This document shows positions 1 to 8,064 of a DNA stretch of 64,000 bases, piece after piece. Under the pieces are notes generated by a model. That model was not told where the DNA came from. It worked only from the letters and a program-made list of their open reading frames with translations, and ran no database searches. Origin of the DNA: Abditibacterium sp. Its GTDB lineage: Bacteria; Armatimonadota; Abditibacteriia; Abditibacteriales; Abditibacteriaceae. The stretch lies in NCBI GenBank assembly GCA_965246885.1, contig OZ251992.1, positions 1,888,001 to 1,952,000 on the forward strand, in the 5' to 3' direction. Within the stretch, counting starts at the first letter, position 1. Each line of letters starts with the position of its first letter. Both the position numbers and the translations under genes were made by a program.

Positions 1-52
1 AACGCGCGGTGCGTGCGAGGGGTGCCCTAACGTTGCTTTCCGCTTTAAGGGT

Positions 53-742
53 TTAACCTTGTGATGAATCTCCCAAGCGGCGAATTGGCTTGAGATAAAC
101 CGTCTCGCGTCCAGCCAGCCAGTCGCTGTTGACGCCCTCGACGCCCAGCACTTTGTCCCAACTGCGCTCGAAGCAATGGGCCGCGTCGGGGAAGCGCGCG
201 GAGAGTTCAAGGGCGCGCCCCCAGAACTTGATGGGACGGGCGCGAATCAGGGCGCGCGAAACGGCAAACTGCCCGCCCAGCCGAAAGGTATAGGTATCCG
301 GCCCATCGCTTCCAAACAACGCGCGGTGAAAGGCGCCCATGCCAAGAGCGCGCCCGTCCTCGTTCTTGCTCCAGCCCCGGAACAAGCGCGCGCCGTTCGC
401 ATCGTCGGTGTCTATGATATGCCCGAACCACTCGAACGACGCAATTTCGTCTGGCGCTTCGGCCATGCGGCGCAATGTCGCGTGGAAGTCGAAAGCGTGG
501 TCGAAGGGATGCCCTTGGCAAAACACCGTCCAATCGGCGAGGGAATCGTAGCGCGCGCAGATGAAGTGCAAGTAGGACTGGGCTTCGCGCCCGACGTTGG
601 GCAAGCGGACGGCGCCGGGCCAAGGGGCGTCGGGGTGCTTGTCGAGGACGGTGCGCGCGAAGGCGGGCGGCACGCGGCGTAGCCAGTTCAGCGCTTCGCC
701 GTAACGAGCGACAACCAGTTCGAGGGAACTTCTTTGCTCCAT
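53..742 (-). CDS. DUF3431-family protein
   Basis: C-terminal part of ORF 53..1480, from ATG 742: LELVVARYGEALNW, LPNVGREAQSYLHFICARYDSLADWTVFCQGHPFDH, GGQFAVSR, HCFERSW. The upstream extension overlaps genes on the other strand. Confidence 0.75.
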   Translation of the reverse strand: MEQRSSLELVVARYGEALNWLRRVPPAFARTVLDKHPDAPWPGAVRLPNVGREAQSYLHFICARYDSLADWTVFCQGHPFDHAFDFHATLRRMAEAPDEIASFEWFGHIIDTDDANGARLFRGWSKNEDGRALGMGAFHRALFGSDGPDTYTFRLGGQFAVSRALIRARPIKFWGRALELSARFPDAAHCFERSWDKVLGVEGVNSDWLAGRETVYLKPIRRLGDSSQG

Positions 743-760
743 ATGATACAGTAAAGGGTG

Positions 761-1093
761 ATGAAACACTTGCTCTTGCTTGGCGCCCTTGCCGCCACCA
801 CGCTGATCGCCGTCGCCGCGCCTAAAACCGCCGCTCCCGCCCCCAAAGCTCCCGCCAAGGTCGCGCCCAAACCCGCGCTCAAAACCTTGAGCTACTGCCC
901 CATCTCCGGCGAGAAGTTGCCCGCTAAGAAGCAGGGCGCCACCACTTACAAGGGCTACAACATCGCTTTCTGCTGCCCCGGTTGCCCCGAAGAGTTCAAG
1001 GCCCTTAGTCCCAAAGAAAAGGACGCCAAAATCGCGGCCATCGTCGCCAAGCAAGCCAAAGCTGAAGCCAAGCCCGCCGGAAAAAAGGCGTAA
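761..1093 (+). CDS. Secreted YHS-like metal-binding protein
   Basis: Signal peptide, Pro/Lys/Ala linker, then CPISG...TYKGYNIAFCCPGC. Confidence 0.7.
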   Translation: MKHLLLLGALAATTLIAVAAPKTAAPAPKAPAKVAPKPALKTLSYCPISGEKLPAKKQGATTYKGYNIAFCCPGCPEEFKALSPKEKDAKIAAIVAKQAKAEAKPAGKKA

Positions 1094-1129
1094 ATCCCTT
1101 TTTGCGCCGCCCGTGTTAAAATGGGCGGC

Positions 1130-1669
1130 GTGAAAACCTTCTTCCTGCTGGTTTGCCTCGTGATTCCAAGTGGGGGCGCGTGGGCGTGCGAAAATGGCGA
1201 AGCGCCGCCCCCGCCCCCTTCGTCCACGCCTTCTATGTCGTCTTCCGCTCCCGCCGCTCACCGCGCGCCCAAACCCGCCGTCGTCGCCCAACTCGAAACG
1301 CTTGTGGACGGCTTGCAAATGCCGTCCGAAACCGACGCGCCCATTCACGTTTTTTGGACGCCCGACGCGCCCGAAGAACCCAAGGCCGCCGACCTTGCCC
1401 GCCTGAGCGGAACGCCCATCAAAGCTGGCGCCCCCGTCGAGATGCGCACCTTGTCCGACCTGCTCGACGGCCCCGCCCAAGAAGAGGACTGGATGCGCGA
1501 CGACGACAAGAAGACCGCGCGCCGCTTCGCCGCCCTGCGTGCCTTCTTAGAAGCCAACTTCGCTGAAATCGAAGTCGTCGCGTGGGGCGATACCGAGAAA
1601 CAAATCGTCGTCGCCGGACGGGTCGAGGGCGGCTACGCCGGGTTCGTCACCCTCATCGTGGAAACGTAA
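1130..1669 (+). CDS. nuiA: Nuclease A inhibitor (NuiA family) with N-terminal signal-like peptide
   Basis: DGLQMPSETDAPIHVF and C-terminal GFVTLIVET; convergent with a NucA-type nuclease; start is GTG 1130 or ATG 1121. Confidence 0.8.
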   Translation: MKTFFLLVCLVIPSGGAWACENGEAPPPPPSSTPSMSSSAPAAHRAPKPAVVAQLETLVDGLQMPSETDAPIHVFWTPDAPEEPKAADLARLSGTPIKAGAPVEMRTLSDLLDGPAQEEDWMRDDDKKTARRFAALRAFLEANFAEIEVVAWGDTEKQIVVAGRVEGGYAGFVTLIVET

Positions 1670-1695
1670 GAGAGCATAAGTGAAGTCGAGAAAAC

Positions 1696-1775
1696 CGTCA
1701 TCCTGAGCTTGCGAAGGAGCCATAGCGACTGCACGGATGGCGTTACTATAGATCCTTCGCAAGCTCAAGATGACG
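1696..1775. repeat. Intergenic inverted-repeat (REP-like) element
   Basis: CGTCATCCTGAGCTTGCGAAGGA ... TCCTTCGCAAGCTCAAGATGACG; 23-bp arms with one mismatch. Confidence 0.8.
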
Positions 1776-1824
1776 AAACTGGCGCTTTTGCCCGCTTTCC
1801 CGACACGTCTCCTAACGGCGCGAT

Positions 1825-2697
1825 TCAACTTTCCGTATCAATCTTTGCTTCGAGGGCGTGCTTCGTCTGCGCGGGCAGGGCGGCGAACAGATCGAGGTGC
1901 GTTGCGCCCTCCACTTGTTTAGGCGTTACCAAATACGACCGCCAATCTGCCGTTTCGAGGCTTTTGTCGTCGGTATTGGGCATCACGACGGCGATAACGC
2001 GCGAGTTCCCATTGATGCGCGCCAAGTCGTTCGTGCCGTTGGGCAGAATAAGCGCCACTTTCCAGCACGCTTGGGGCACTACGACCGCGCCTGAGGCGAT
2101 AGTTCCTGCCGTTCCTGCTGGCCCCGCCACTTCATAGACCTCGTTGCCCGCCCGCACTTGCTCGCGCAGATAGCTTTCCAACTTCTCCCAGACGTGGCGG
2201 TTCAGGGCGGCGGTTTGGGGCAGCATATTGGACATGCAAAAAGTCGCGTCGTTGTTCTCGCGCGAGTCCGTCCGGTCGCCTGAGGGACTCACATGGCCCT
2301 TGTCATAGCCGGAGTTTTTGTAGTCGGACGGCAGAATCTGCCAATCACTGGGCAGGGCCGGGTCGGGGTGGAACTGCCCCCGGCTAACACTGCCTAAGTC
2401 CGACTCATCCGTGTGCCACGCCACCCAGTTCGGCCCGCCGTTGCGCCGGTTGTAGGAGAGCGTGTACTGCGGCTTTTGAACAAGGAAGTTGTTCGCGTCC
2501 GTCGCGGCGCCACTGGGGTTGCCGAGCAGCAAATTCCCCTCGTTCGAGGAGCCGCTCACCGGGCCACCGGACGGAACCGACGACCCGCCCGATGGCGGAA
2601 GAGAAGGAGGAGGCGCGCTTTGTTGGCTTTGATTGCGGCATCCAGCGAGAGCGAGGAGCGCGAAGGCGGCGCAAATGCAGAGAATGCGGCGGTTCAT
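1825..2697 (-). CDS. nucA: DNA/RNA non-specific endonuclease (NucA-like), lipoprotein
   Basis: Lipobox LAGC; LLLGNPS, YTLSYN, NWVAWH, SGYDKGHVSPSGDR, TFCMSNMLPQ; GGAGG RBS. Confidence 0.9.
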   Translation of the reverse strand: MNRRILCICAAFALLALAGCRNQSQQSAPPPSLPPSGGSSVPSGGPVSGSSNEGNLLLGNPSGAATDANNFLVQKPQYTLSYNRRNGGPNWVAWHTDESDLGSVSRGQFHPDPALPSDWQILPSDYKNSGYDKGHVSPSGDRTDSRENNDATFCMSNMLPQTAALNRHVWEKLESYLREQVRAGNEVYEVAGPAGTAGTIASGAVVVPQACWKVALILPNGTNDLARINGNSRVIAVVMPNTDDKSLETADWRSYLVTPKQVEGATHLDLFAALPAQTKHALEAKIDTES

Positions 2698-2733
2698 GGT
2701 GCCTCCAGTTTGACGCCGCGCTAAAATCAAGGC

Positions 2734-4914
2734 GTGAATCCGCTTTTCTGGCAGTTCCCCTTGCCGCGTCCGCATTGCGGCGTGCCGCTTGCCAACGGAA
2801 CCTTGGGTGTCCTCGTGTGGGGCGACGACGTGCTGTATCTTACAGTTGCCCATGCCGGTTTTTGGGATAGGCGCGCGTCGCGGCCCTTTGGCGCCCGCGC
2901 CACCTTTGCGCGCGTGCGGGAGTTGTGGGAAAGCGGCCAAGAAGCGCAACTGCGCGCCCTTTTCGCCGAAGACAACCAGCCGGGGCTACCGCCGCGCCCG
3001 CAACAAATCGGCGGCGGTCGCTTGGAAATCCGCTTCGCGGAAGGCTTCGCGCCGCGCAGTGCGGCGCTTCACTTGGAGCGTGGGCAACTGGAAGTCCATC
3101 TGGAAGCGCCCAATGGTGCGCGCCGGAGCGTGACCGTATGGGTGCATCCCGACGCGTCCGTGTGCGTTCTCGAAGGCGCCGACGATGCGCACTTCACCCT
3201 GCGCCCGACGTGGGAATGGATCGGGCCTCAATTGGAGCAGTGGGGCTTCGAGCCGCCACGCACGCTCGACATCGCGGACGGCGGCGGCTTCGTGCAAGAC
3301 GTGCCCGACAACGAGGCGCTCGCGCTCGTGTGGCGGCGCGGCGAGAGGGTTCTCATTGGCGCCGCGTTGGGTGACGACCCCGAAGCCGCCGCCAAGCGCG
3401 CCGTCCAAAACGCGCGGCAGTTGCCCGACACGGGGGCGCAGTTCTTCTGGAACGCTTATTGGCGCGACGTGCCAACAGTCGAGTTGCCCGACGCGGAACT
3501 GAACCGCAAATGGTGGCTGGGTCTGTGGAAGCAAGCGGGGCTGACGGCGCCGGGGGGTGTGGCCGCGACGCTGCAAGGGCCTTGGATGGAGGAGTATCAG
3601 CTACCGCCTTGGAGCAACGACTACCATTTCAATATCAACGTCCAGCTTATCTATTATCCGGCGCTGATGACGAACCGCTTGGAGCACTTTGCGCCGCTCT
3701 GGGCTTTAATCCGCGAGTGGATGCCGACGCTGCGCGCGAGCGGCGAAGCGTTCTTCGGGCGCGCTGGCGTGCTGATGCTGCCGCACGCGGTGGATGACCG
3801 GTGCGGCGTCGTCGGGCAGTTTTGGACGGGCACGATAGACCACGCTTGCACTGCGTGGGTGGCGCAAATGGCGTGGCTCCACTACCGTTATGGGTTGGAC
3901 GAAAAGCACCTGCGCGAGGTCGCGTGGCCCTTGCTCAACGGCGCGTTTGAGGGCTACTGGGCGATGGGCGAGGAGACCGAAGACGGCATCTTGTCACTGC
4001 CGATGAGCGTGAGTCCCGAATATCGCGGCGACGCCATGAACGCGGCGGGGCGCGACGCCTCGTTTCAACTGGCGGCGTGGCACATGGTCGCGCAAATCCT
4101 GCCGCGCGCCGCCGCCGTTTTGGGCGAAGCCGTTGACCCGCGCTGGCAAGAAGTCGAAGACCGCTTGCCGCTTTGGTCAACGGTCGAAATTCCCTCCGCC
4201 CGCTCGCCGCGCCCCCGGCGCATCGCGCTTTGGGAAGAATTGGAACTGGAAGAGTCGCACCGCCATCACGCGCACTTGGCGGCGATTTGGCCGTTCTGCT
4301 CGGTTGACCCGTTCGACCATGCGCAGGTCGTCGCCCAATCCATTTCGTTTTGGAACAAGGTGGGCGCGGGCGAGTGGACGGGCTGGTGCTTGCCTTGGGC
4401 TGCCATCCTTTGCGCGCGCTTCGACTTGCCCGATGCCGCCGTCGCGTGGCTGGGCTGGCTCGATCACTACACCAACGTCGGCGGCGGCACGCGGCACAAC
4501 GCCGACTTCGCAGGCGCGGGCGCGTGGGACAACGGCGAGATGTGGGACAGAAAGCCCTACGCCGAGGAAGCCGAGATCATGCAAGCCGACGCCGCACTGG
4601 GCGTTTTAATCGCCGTTTGCGAACTGCTCGTCCAAAACCGGGGCGAGGTCGTCCACGTCCTGCCCAAAATCCCGCGCAAGTGGAAGCGGCTCCATTTCGA
4701 TGGCATCCGCACCGAGGGCGCCTTCCTCGTCGGCGCGACGGTCGAGGGTGGGCGCACCGTCGAAGTGCGCGTCCGCTCCGAACGCGGTGGGGTGCTCAAA
4801 CTCGCGCACGGCTTGGGCATAGAGTTCCTCGTGGACGGCGAAGCGGCGCGCGGCGCCGTATGGGAGCGGAAGATGCGCGCGGGTGAAGAGGGAGTGTTGA
4901 GCCGTCAACGGTAA
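2734..4914 (+). CDS. Glycoside hydrolase, GH95 (alpha-L-fucosidase)-like
   Basis: LANGTLG, PPWSNDYHFNINVQLIY, SVSPE, HRHHAHL, FDGIRTEGAFLV. Confidence 0.75.
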   Translation: MNPLFWQFPLPRPHCGVPLANGTLGVLVWGDDVLYLTVAHAGFWDRRASRPFGARATFARVRELWESGQEAQLRALFAEDNQPGLPPRPQQIGGGRLEIRFAEGFAPRSAALHLERGQLEVHLEAPNGARRSVTVWVHPDASVCVLEGADDAHFTLRPTWEWIGPQLEQWGFEPPRTLDIADGGGFVQDVPDNEALALVWRRGERVLIGAALGDDPEAAAKRAVQNARQLPDTGAQFFWNAYWRDVPTVELPDAELNRKWWLGLWKQAGLTAPGGVAATLQGPWMEEYQLPPWSNDYHFNINVQLIYYPALMTNRLEHFAPLWALIREWMPTLRASGEAFFGRAGVLMLPHAVDDRCGVVGQFWTGTIDHACTAWVAQMAWLHYRYGLDEKHLREVAWPLLNGAFEGYWAMGEETEDGILSLPMSVSPEYRGDAMNAAGRDASFQLAAWHMVAQILPRAAAVLGEAVDPRWQEVEDRLPLWSTVEIPSARSPRPRRIALWEELELEESHRHHAHLAAIWPFCSVDPFDHAQVVAQSISFWNKVGAGEWTGWCLPWAAILCARFDLPDAAVAWLGWLDHYTNVGGGTRHNADFAGAGAWDNGEMWDRKPYAEEAEIMQADAALGVLIAVCELLVQNRGEVVHVLPKIPRKWKRLHFDGIRTEGAFLVGATVEGGRTVEVRVRSERGGVLKLAHGLGIEFLVDGEAARGAVWERKMRAGEEGVLSRQR

Positions 4915-4950
4915 GGACGCGCTCCCGCTTCCTGTGCTACATTGTCCGGC

Positions 4951-5760
4951 ATGAAACGCGCGCGCTTGCCCGATGGCACCCCGCTTTGGAGCGATGCCCC
5001 CTTGGGTGTGACCACTGTCTGGGACGAGATCAGCTCCTACTTTGCGGAAGGGGAGGCGGTACGCGCGGGTGAGGTAGTCTTCGATGTCGGAGCCAACATC
5101 GGCCTCTTCTCGCTCGCGGCGTGGCGGCAAAGCGGGGGCGGCGCGCAGATTTACAGCTTCGAGCCGATCCCCGCCACGCACGCCGTTCTCGCGGCCAACG
5201 CCCGCCTCTTCGACCCTATGGGGACAAGCTGGCACACGGTGCGCGCCGGGTTGGGCGCGCGGGTTGAACTGGCGCGGCTGCATTACTTCCCCCGCCTGAG
5301 CGTCCTGTCGGGGAGCATGCGCGGCTCCGGTCAAGCGCGCTGCGAGTTCGATGAACTCTTAGCAGGCGTGCGCATCGGCGCGCCATTCGGTTTCCTCAAC
5401 GCCATTCCGCGCCCCGTGCGCCGTGCTTTGGGCGCCCTCGTTGGTGTGTGGGCGCTTCGCACCCGCCCCATCGCCGCGCCCATCTGGACATTGTCGGACG
5501 CGCTTGACCGCTTGGGCGTCGCGCGCGTGGACTGGCTCAAGATAGACGTCGAAGGCGCTGAATTCGACGTGTTGCGCGGCGTCTCGCCCGACGACTGGCC
5601 CCGTATCGCGCGCGTCATTCTCGAAGCCGAATCCGACGAAGCGGCCCGCGCCGCCGTTACTCTGCTCAAAAGCGCGGGCTTTTCCGTCGCCGTGCGCCCT
5701 AATACCGTCTTTCAAAACGAGCGCCTCCAACTGCTCTTTGCCCGCCGCCCCTTAAGATAG
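4951..5760 (+). CDS. FkbM family methyltransferase
   Basis: VFDVGANIGLFS, FEPIP, LKIDVEGAE. Confidence 0.9.
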   Translation: MKRARLPDGTPLWSDAPLGVTTVWDEISSYFAEGEAVRAGEVVFDVGANIGLFSLAAWRQSGGGAQIYSFEPIPATHAVLAANARLFDPMGTSWHTVRAGLGARVELARLHYFPRLSVLSGSMRGSGQARCEFDELLAGVRIGAPFGFLNAIPRPVRRALGALVGVWALRTRPIAAPIWTLSDALDRLGVARVDWLKIDVEGAEFDVLRGVSPDDWPRIARVILEAESDEAARAAVTLLKSAGFSVAVRPNTVFQNERLQLLFARRPLR

Positions 5761-5841
5761 GTGTAGCAAACCCGCGCGTGGGTCGGGGCGCTTCGCTTCA
5801 GGCTGCTTCGGATTCCCCGTCGGTTTGTGACGATTTATGTC

Positions 5842-5870
5842 TTGCAGGTGAATAGCATATGGTGTACGAT
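5842..5870 (+). promoter_or_regulatory. Putative sigma70 promoter
   Basis: TTGCAG-N17-TACGAT, 8 nt before ATG 5879. Confidence 0.5.
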
Positions 5871-5878
5871 TGCCTCGT

Positions 5879-8056
5879 ATGAAACGACCCGCTTTCTTGG
5901 CATTTTTCGCCTCCCCCACTCCAAAATGGGGGGCGAGGAGGGCTGCATTATTTGCAGTGGCGCTGTGCTTAGGGATGGCGACCGCCGTTTGTGCCGCCTC
6001 TGTTCCTTTTGGCGCGAAGGTGGATTACGGCGCTGGCTCCACCCCGCAGTCGGTGGCCGTTGGCGACTTCAACGGCGATGGCAACCCCGACCTCGCCGTT
6101 CCCAACAGTGGCAGCGGCACCGTCTCCATCTTGTTGGGCAACGGCAACGGCACCTTCGCCGCGAAGGTGGATTACGGTGTCGGCTCTACCCCGCAGTCGG
6201 TGGCCGTTGGCGACTTCAACGGCGATGGCAACCCCGACCTCGCCGTTCCCAACAGTGGCAGCGGCACCGTCTCCATCTTGTTGGGCAACGGCAACGGCAC
6301 CTTCGCCGCGAAGGTGGATTACGGTGTCGGCTCTACCCCGCAGTCGGTGGCCATCGGCGACTTCAACGGCGACGGCAAAATTGACGTGGCCGTTCCCAAC
6401 GACGGGGACAATACGGTGTCGGTGCTATTGGGCAACGGCAACGGCACCTTTGGCGCGAAGGTGGATTACGGCGCTGGCTCTACCCCGCAGTCGGTGGCCG
6501 TTGGCGACTTCAACGGCGATGGCAACCCCGACCTCGCCGTCGCCAACAACGGTGATAATACGGTCTCGGTGCTATTGGGCAAAGGCGATGGCACCTTCTC
6601 GACCAAAGCGGATTACGGTGTCGGCTCTTTTCCCGCCGCCCTCGTCGTCGGCGACTTCAACCGCGATGGCAGTATCGACCTCGCTGTAGTCAACAATGGT
6701 GACAACACGGTGTCGGTGCTATTGGGCAAAGGCAATGGCACCTTTGGCGTCAATGTCTCTTACCCTACTGGCTCCGGCCCTTTCTTCGTCGCCGTCGGCG
6801 ATTTGAACCGTGACGGCAGTTCCGACCTTGTTGTCGCCAACTCGAACAACGACACCCTTTCGGCGCTGTTAGGTAAAGGAGACGGCACTTTTGGCGCCAA
6901 GACCGATTATGGCACCGGCTCCGGCCCCCAATCGGTCGCTGTGGGCGATTTTAACCGCGACGGCAATCTTGACCTCGTGACAGCCAACTTGAAGGGCAAC
7001 ACTGTTTCGGTGTTGCTCAGCAGTCTGTCCCCGGCGGCACCAAGCGGCGCCGTCATTAGTCAATTCCGCTTGGCCGGGCCAAATGGCCCAACGGATGAGT
7101 TCATCGAGTTGGCAAACACCACTGCGTCGGCGCTCCTCCTCGACGGGTGGAGCGTGGCGGCGGGCGGCGTTACCGTCCCCATCAGTGGCAGCCTCCCGGC
7201 AGGCGGGCATTTGTTGCTCGCCAATTCCGGCGGCTACTCCTTGGGCGCCATTGCAACGGGCGATGTGTCCTACACCGGAGACATTCCCACTAACAGCCCG
7301 CTCACCCTCAAAAACGCGGCGGGTACCGCCGTTGACAGCGTGAGCGACCTTTCCGCTACCGCTGCTCCCACGTCCGCCACCGCGCAGTACGCTTATCTGC
7401 GTCGCCTTGAAACGGGTGCCCCGGCCAAGACTGGCAATGACTCCACCGACTTCAACCTCGCCGATACTGCCGCGAACGCCAGCACCGCTGCCGCATCGGG
7501 CGTTGGCACTCTGACTGCCGCGCGCTTGGGAAGCCCCAATCCCCACAACACCGCCAGCACTGTTCAGCGCAATGACGGAATTAGCAACAGCCCGCTTAAC
7601 ATCGGCTCGGTTTATACCGCCGCCCGTTACGCGAGCAAGGGGAGCGGCGTTGACTCCAAAGGTCGCTTGTCCATCCGCCGCACCATCACCAACAGCACCG
7701 GTGCCGCCGTTTCCAAGTTGCGCTTTCGTGTTGTCGCGATAACCGGCGGCGCCAGCGGCACGGCGGGCGTCGCCGATTTGCGCGCCATTTCGTCGGGCGG
7801 CGTGCGCTACTACGACAATACCCACACCATCCAACGCGCCGCATACGGCATGACCTTGGACGCGCCTACCACGCCTAACGAAGCGCCGCTCACTTCCAGT
7901 TCGAGCGGCAAGGGGGGGGGCCTGAACGCTTCATGGACGGCGCAACTTCCGGGTGGTACCCTCGCTGCAGGCGCCAGTGTGAACGTCGAGTTCCTGTTTG
8001 GCATCCAAGCCGAGGGCAAGTTTCGCATCGTCGTGGACGCCGAAGTGCTGCCCTAA
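5879..8056 (+). CDS. Secreted FG-GAP/VCBS beta-propeller protein with lamin-tail domain
   Basis: Signal peptide; seven GD(F/L)NxDGxxD repeats; VISQFRLAGPNGPTDEFIELAN (LTD-like). Confidence 0.88.
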   Translation: MKRPAFLAFFASPTPKWGARRAALFAVALCLGMATAVCAASVPFGAKVDYGAGSTPQSVAVGDFNGDGNPDLAVPNSGSGTVSILLGNGNGTFAAKVDYGVGSTPQSVAVGDFNGDGNPDLAVPNSGSGTVSILLGNGNGTFAAKVDYGVGSTPQSVAIGDFNGDGKIDVAVPNDGDNTVSVLLGNGNGTFGAKVDYGAGSTPQSVAVGDFNGDGNPDLAVANNGDNTVSVLLGKGDGTFSTKADYGVGSFPAALVVGDFNRDGSIDLAVVNNGDNTVSVLLGKGNGTFGVNVSYPTGSGPFFVAVGDLNRDGSSDLVVANSNNDTLSALLGKGDGTFGAKTDYGTGSGPQSVAVGDFNRDGNLDLVTANLKGNTVSVLLSSLSPAAPSGAVISQFRLAGPNGPTDEFIELANTTASALLLDGWSVAAGGVTVPISGSLPAGGHLLLANSGGYSLGAIATGDVSYTGDIPTNSPLTLKNAAGTAVDSVSDLSATAAPTSATAQYAYLRRLETGAPAKTGNDSTDFNLADTAANASTAAASGVGTLTAARLGSPNPHNTASTVQRNDGISNSPLNIGSVYTAARYASKGSGVDSKGRLSIRRTITNSTGAAVSKLRFRVVAITGGASGTAGVADLRAISSGGVRYYDNTHTIQRAAYGMTLDAPTTPNEAPLTSSSSGKGGGLNASWTAQLPGGTLAAGASVNVEFLFGIQAEGKFRIVVDAEVLP
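6014..6600 (+). repeat. 147-bp intragenic tandem repeat (FG-GAP blades)
   Basis: GCGAAGGTGGATTACGG recurs at 6014, 6161, 6308 and 6455; the first units are nearly identical. Confidence 0.9.
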
Positions 8057-8064
8057 ACCGGAAC

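Noticed and set aside
743..1480. N-terminal extension of ORF 53..1480
   Set aside because: Antisense shadow of the YHS-like and nuiA genes
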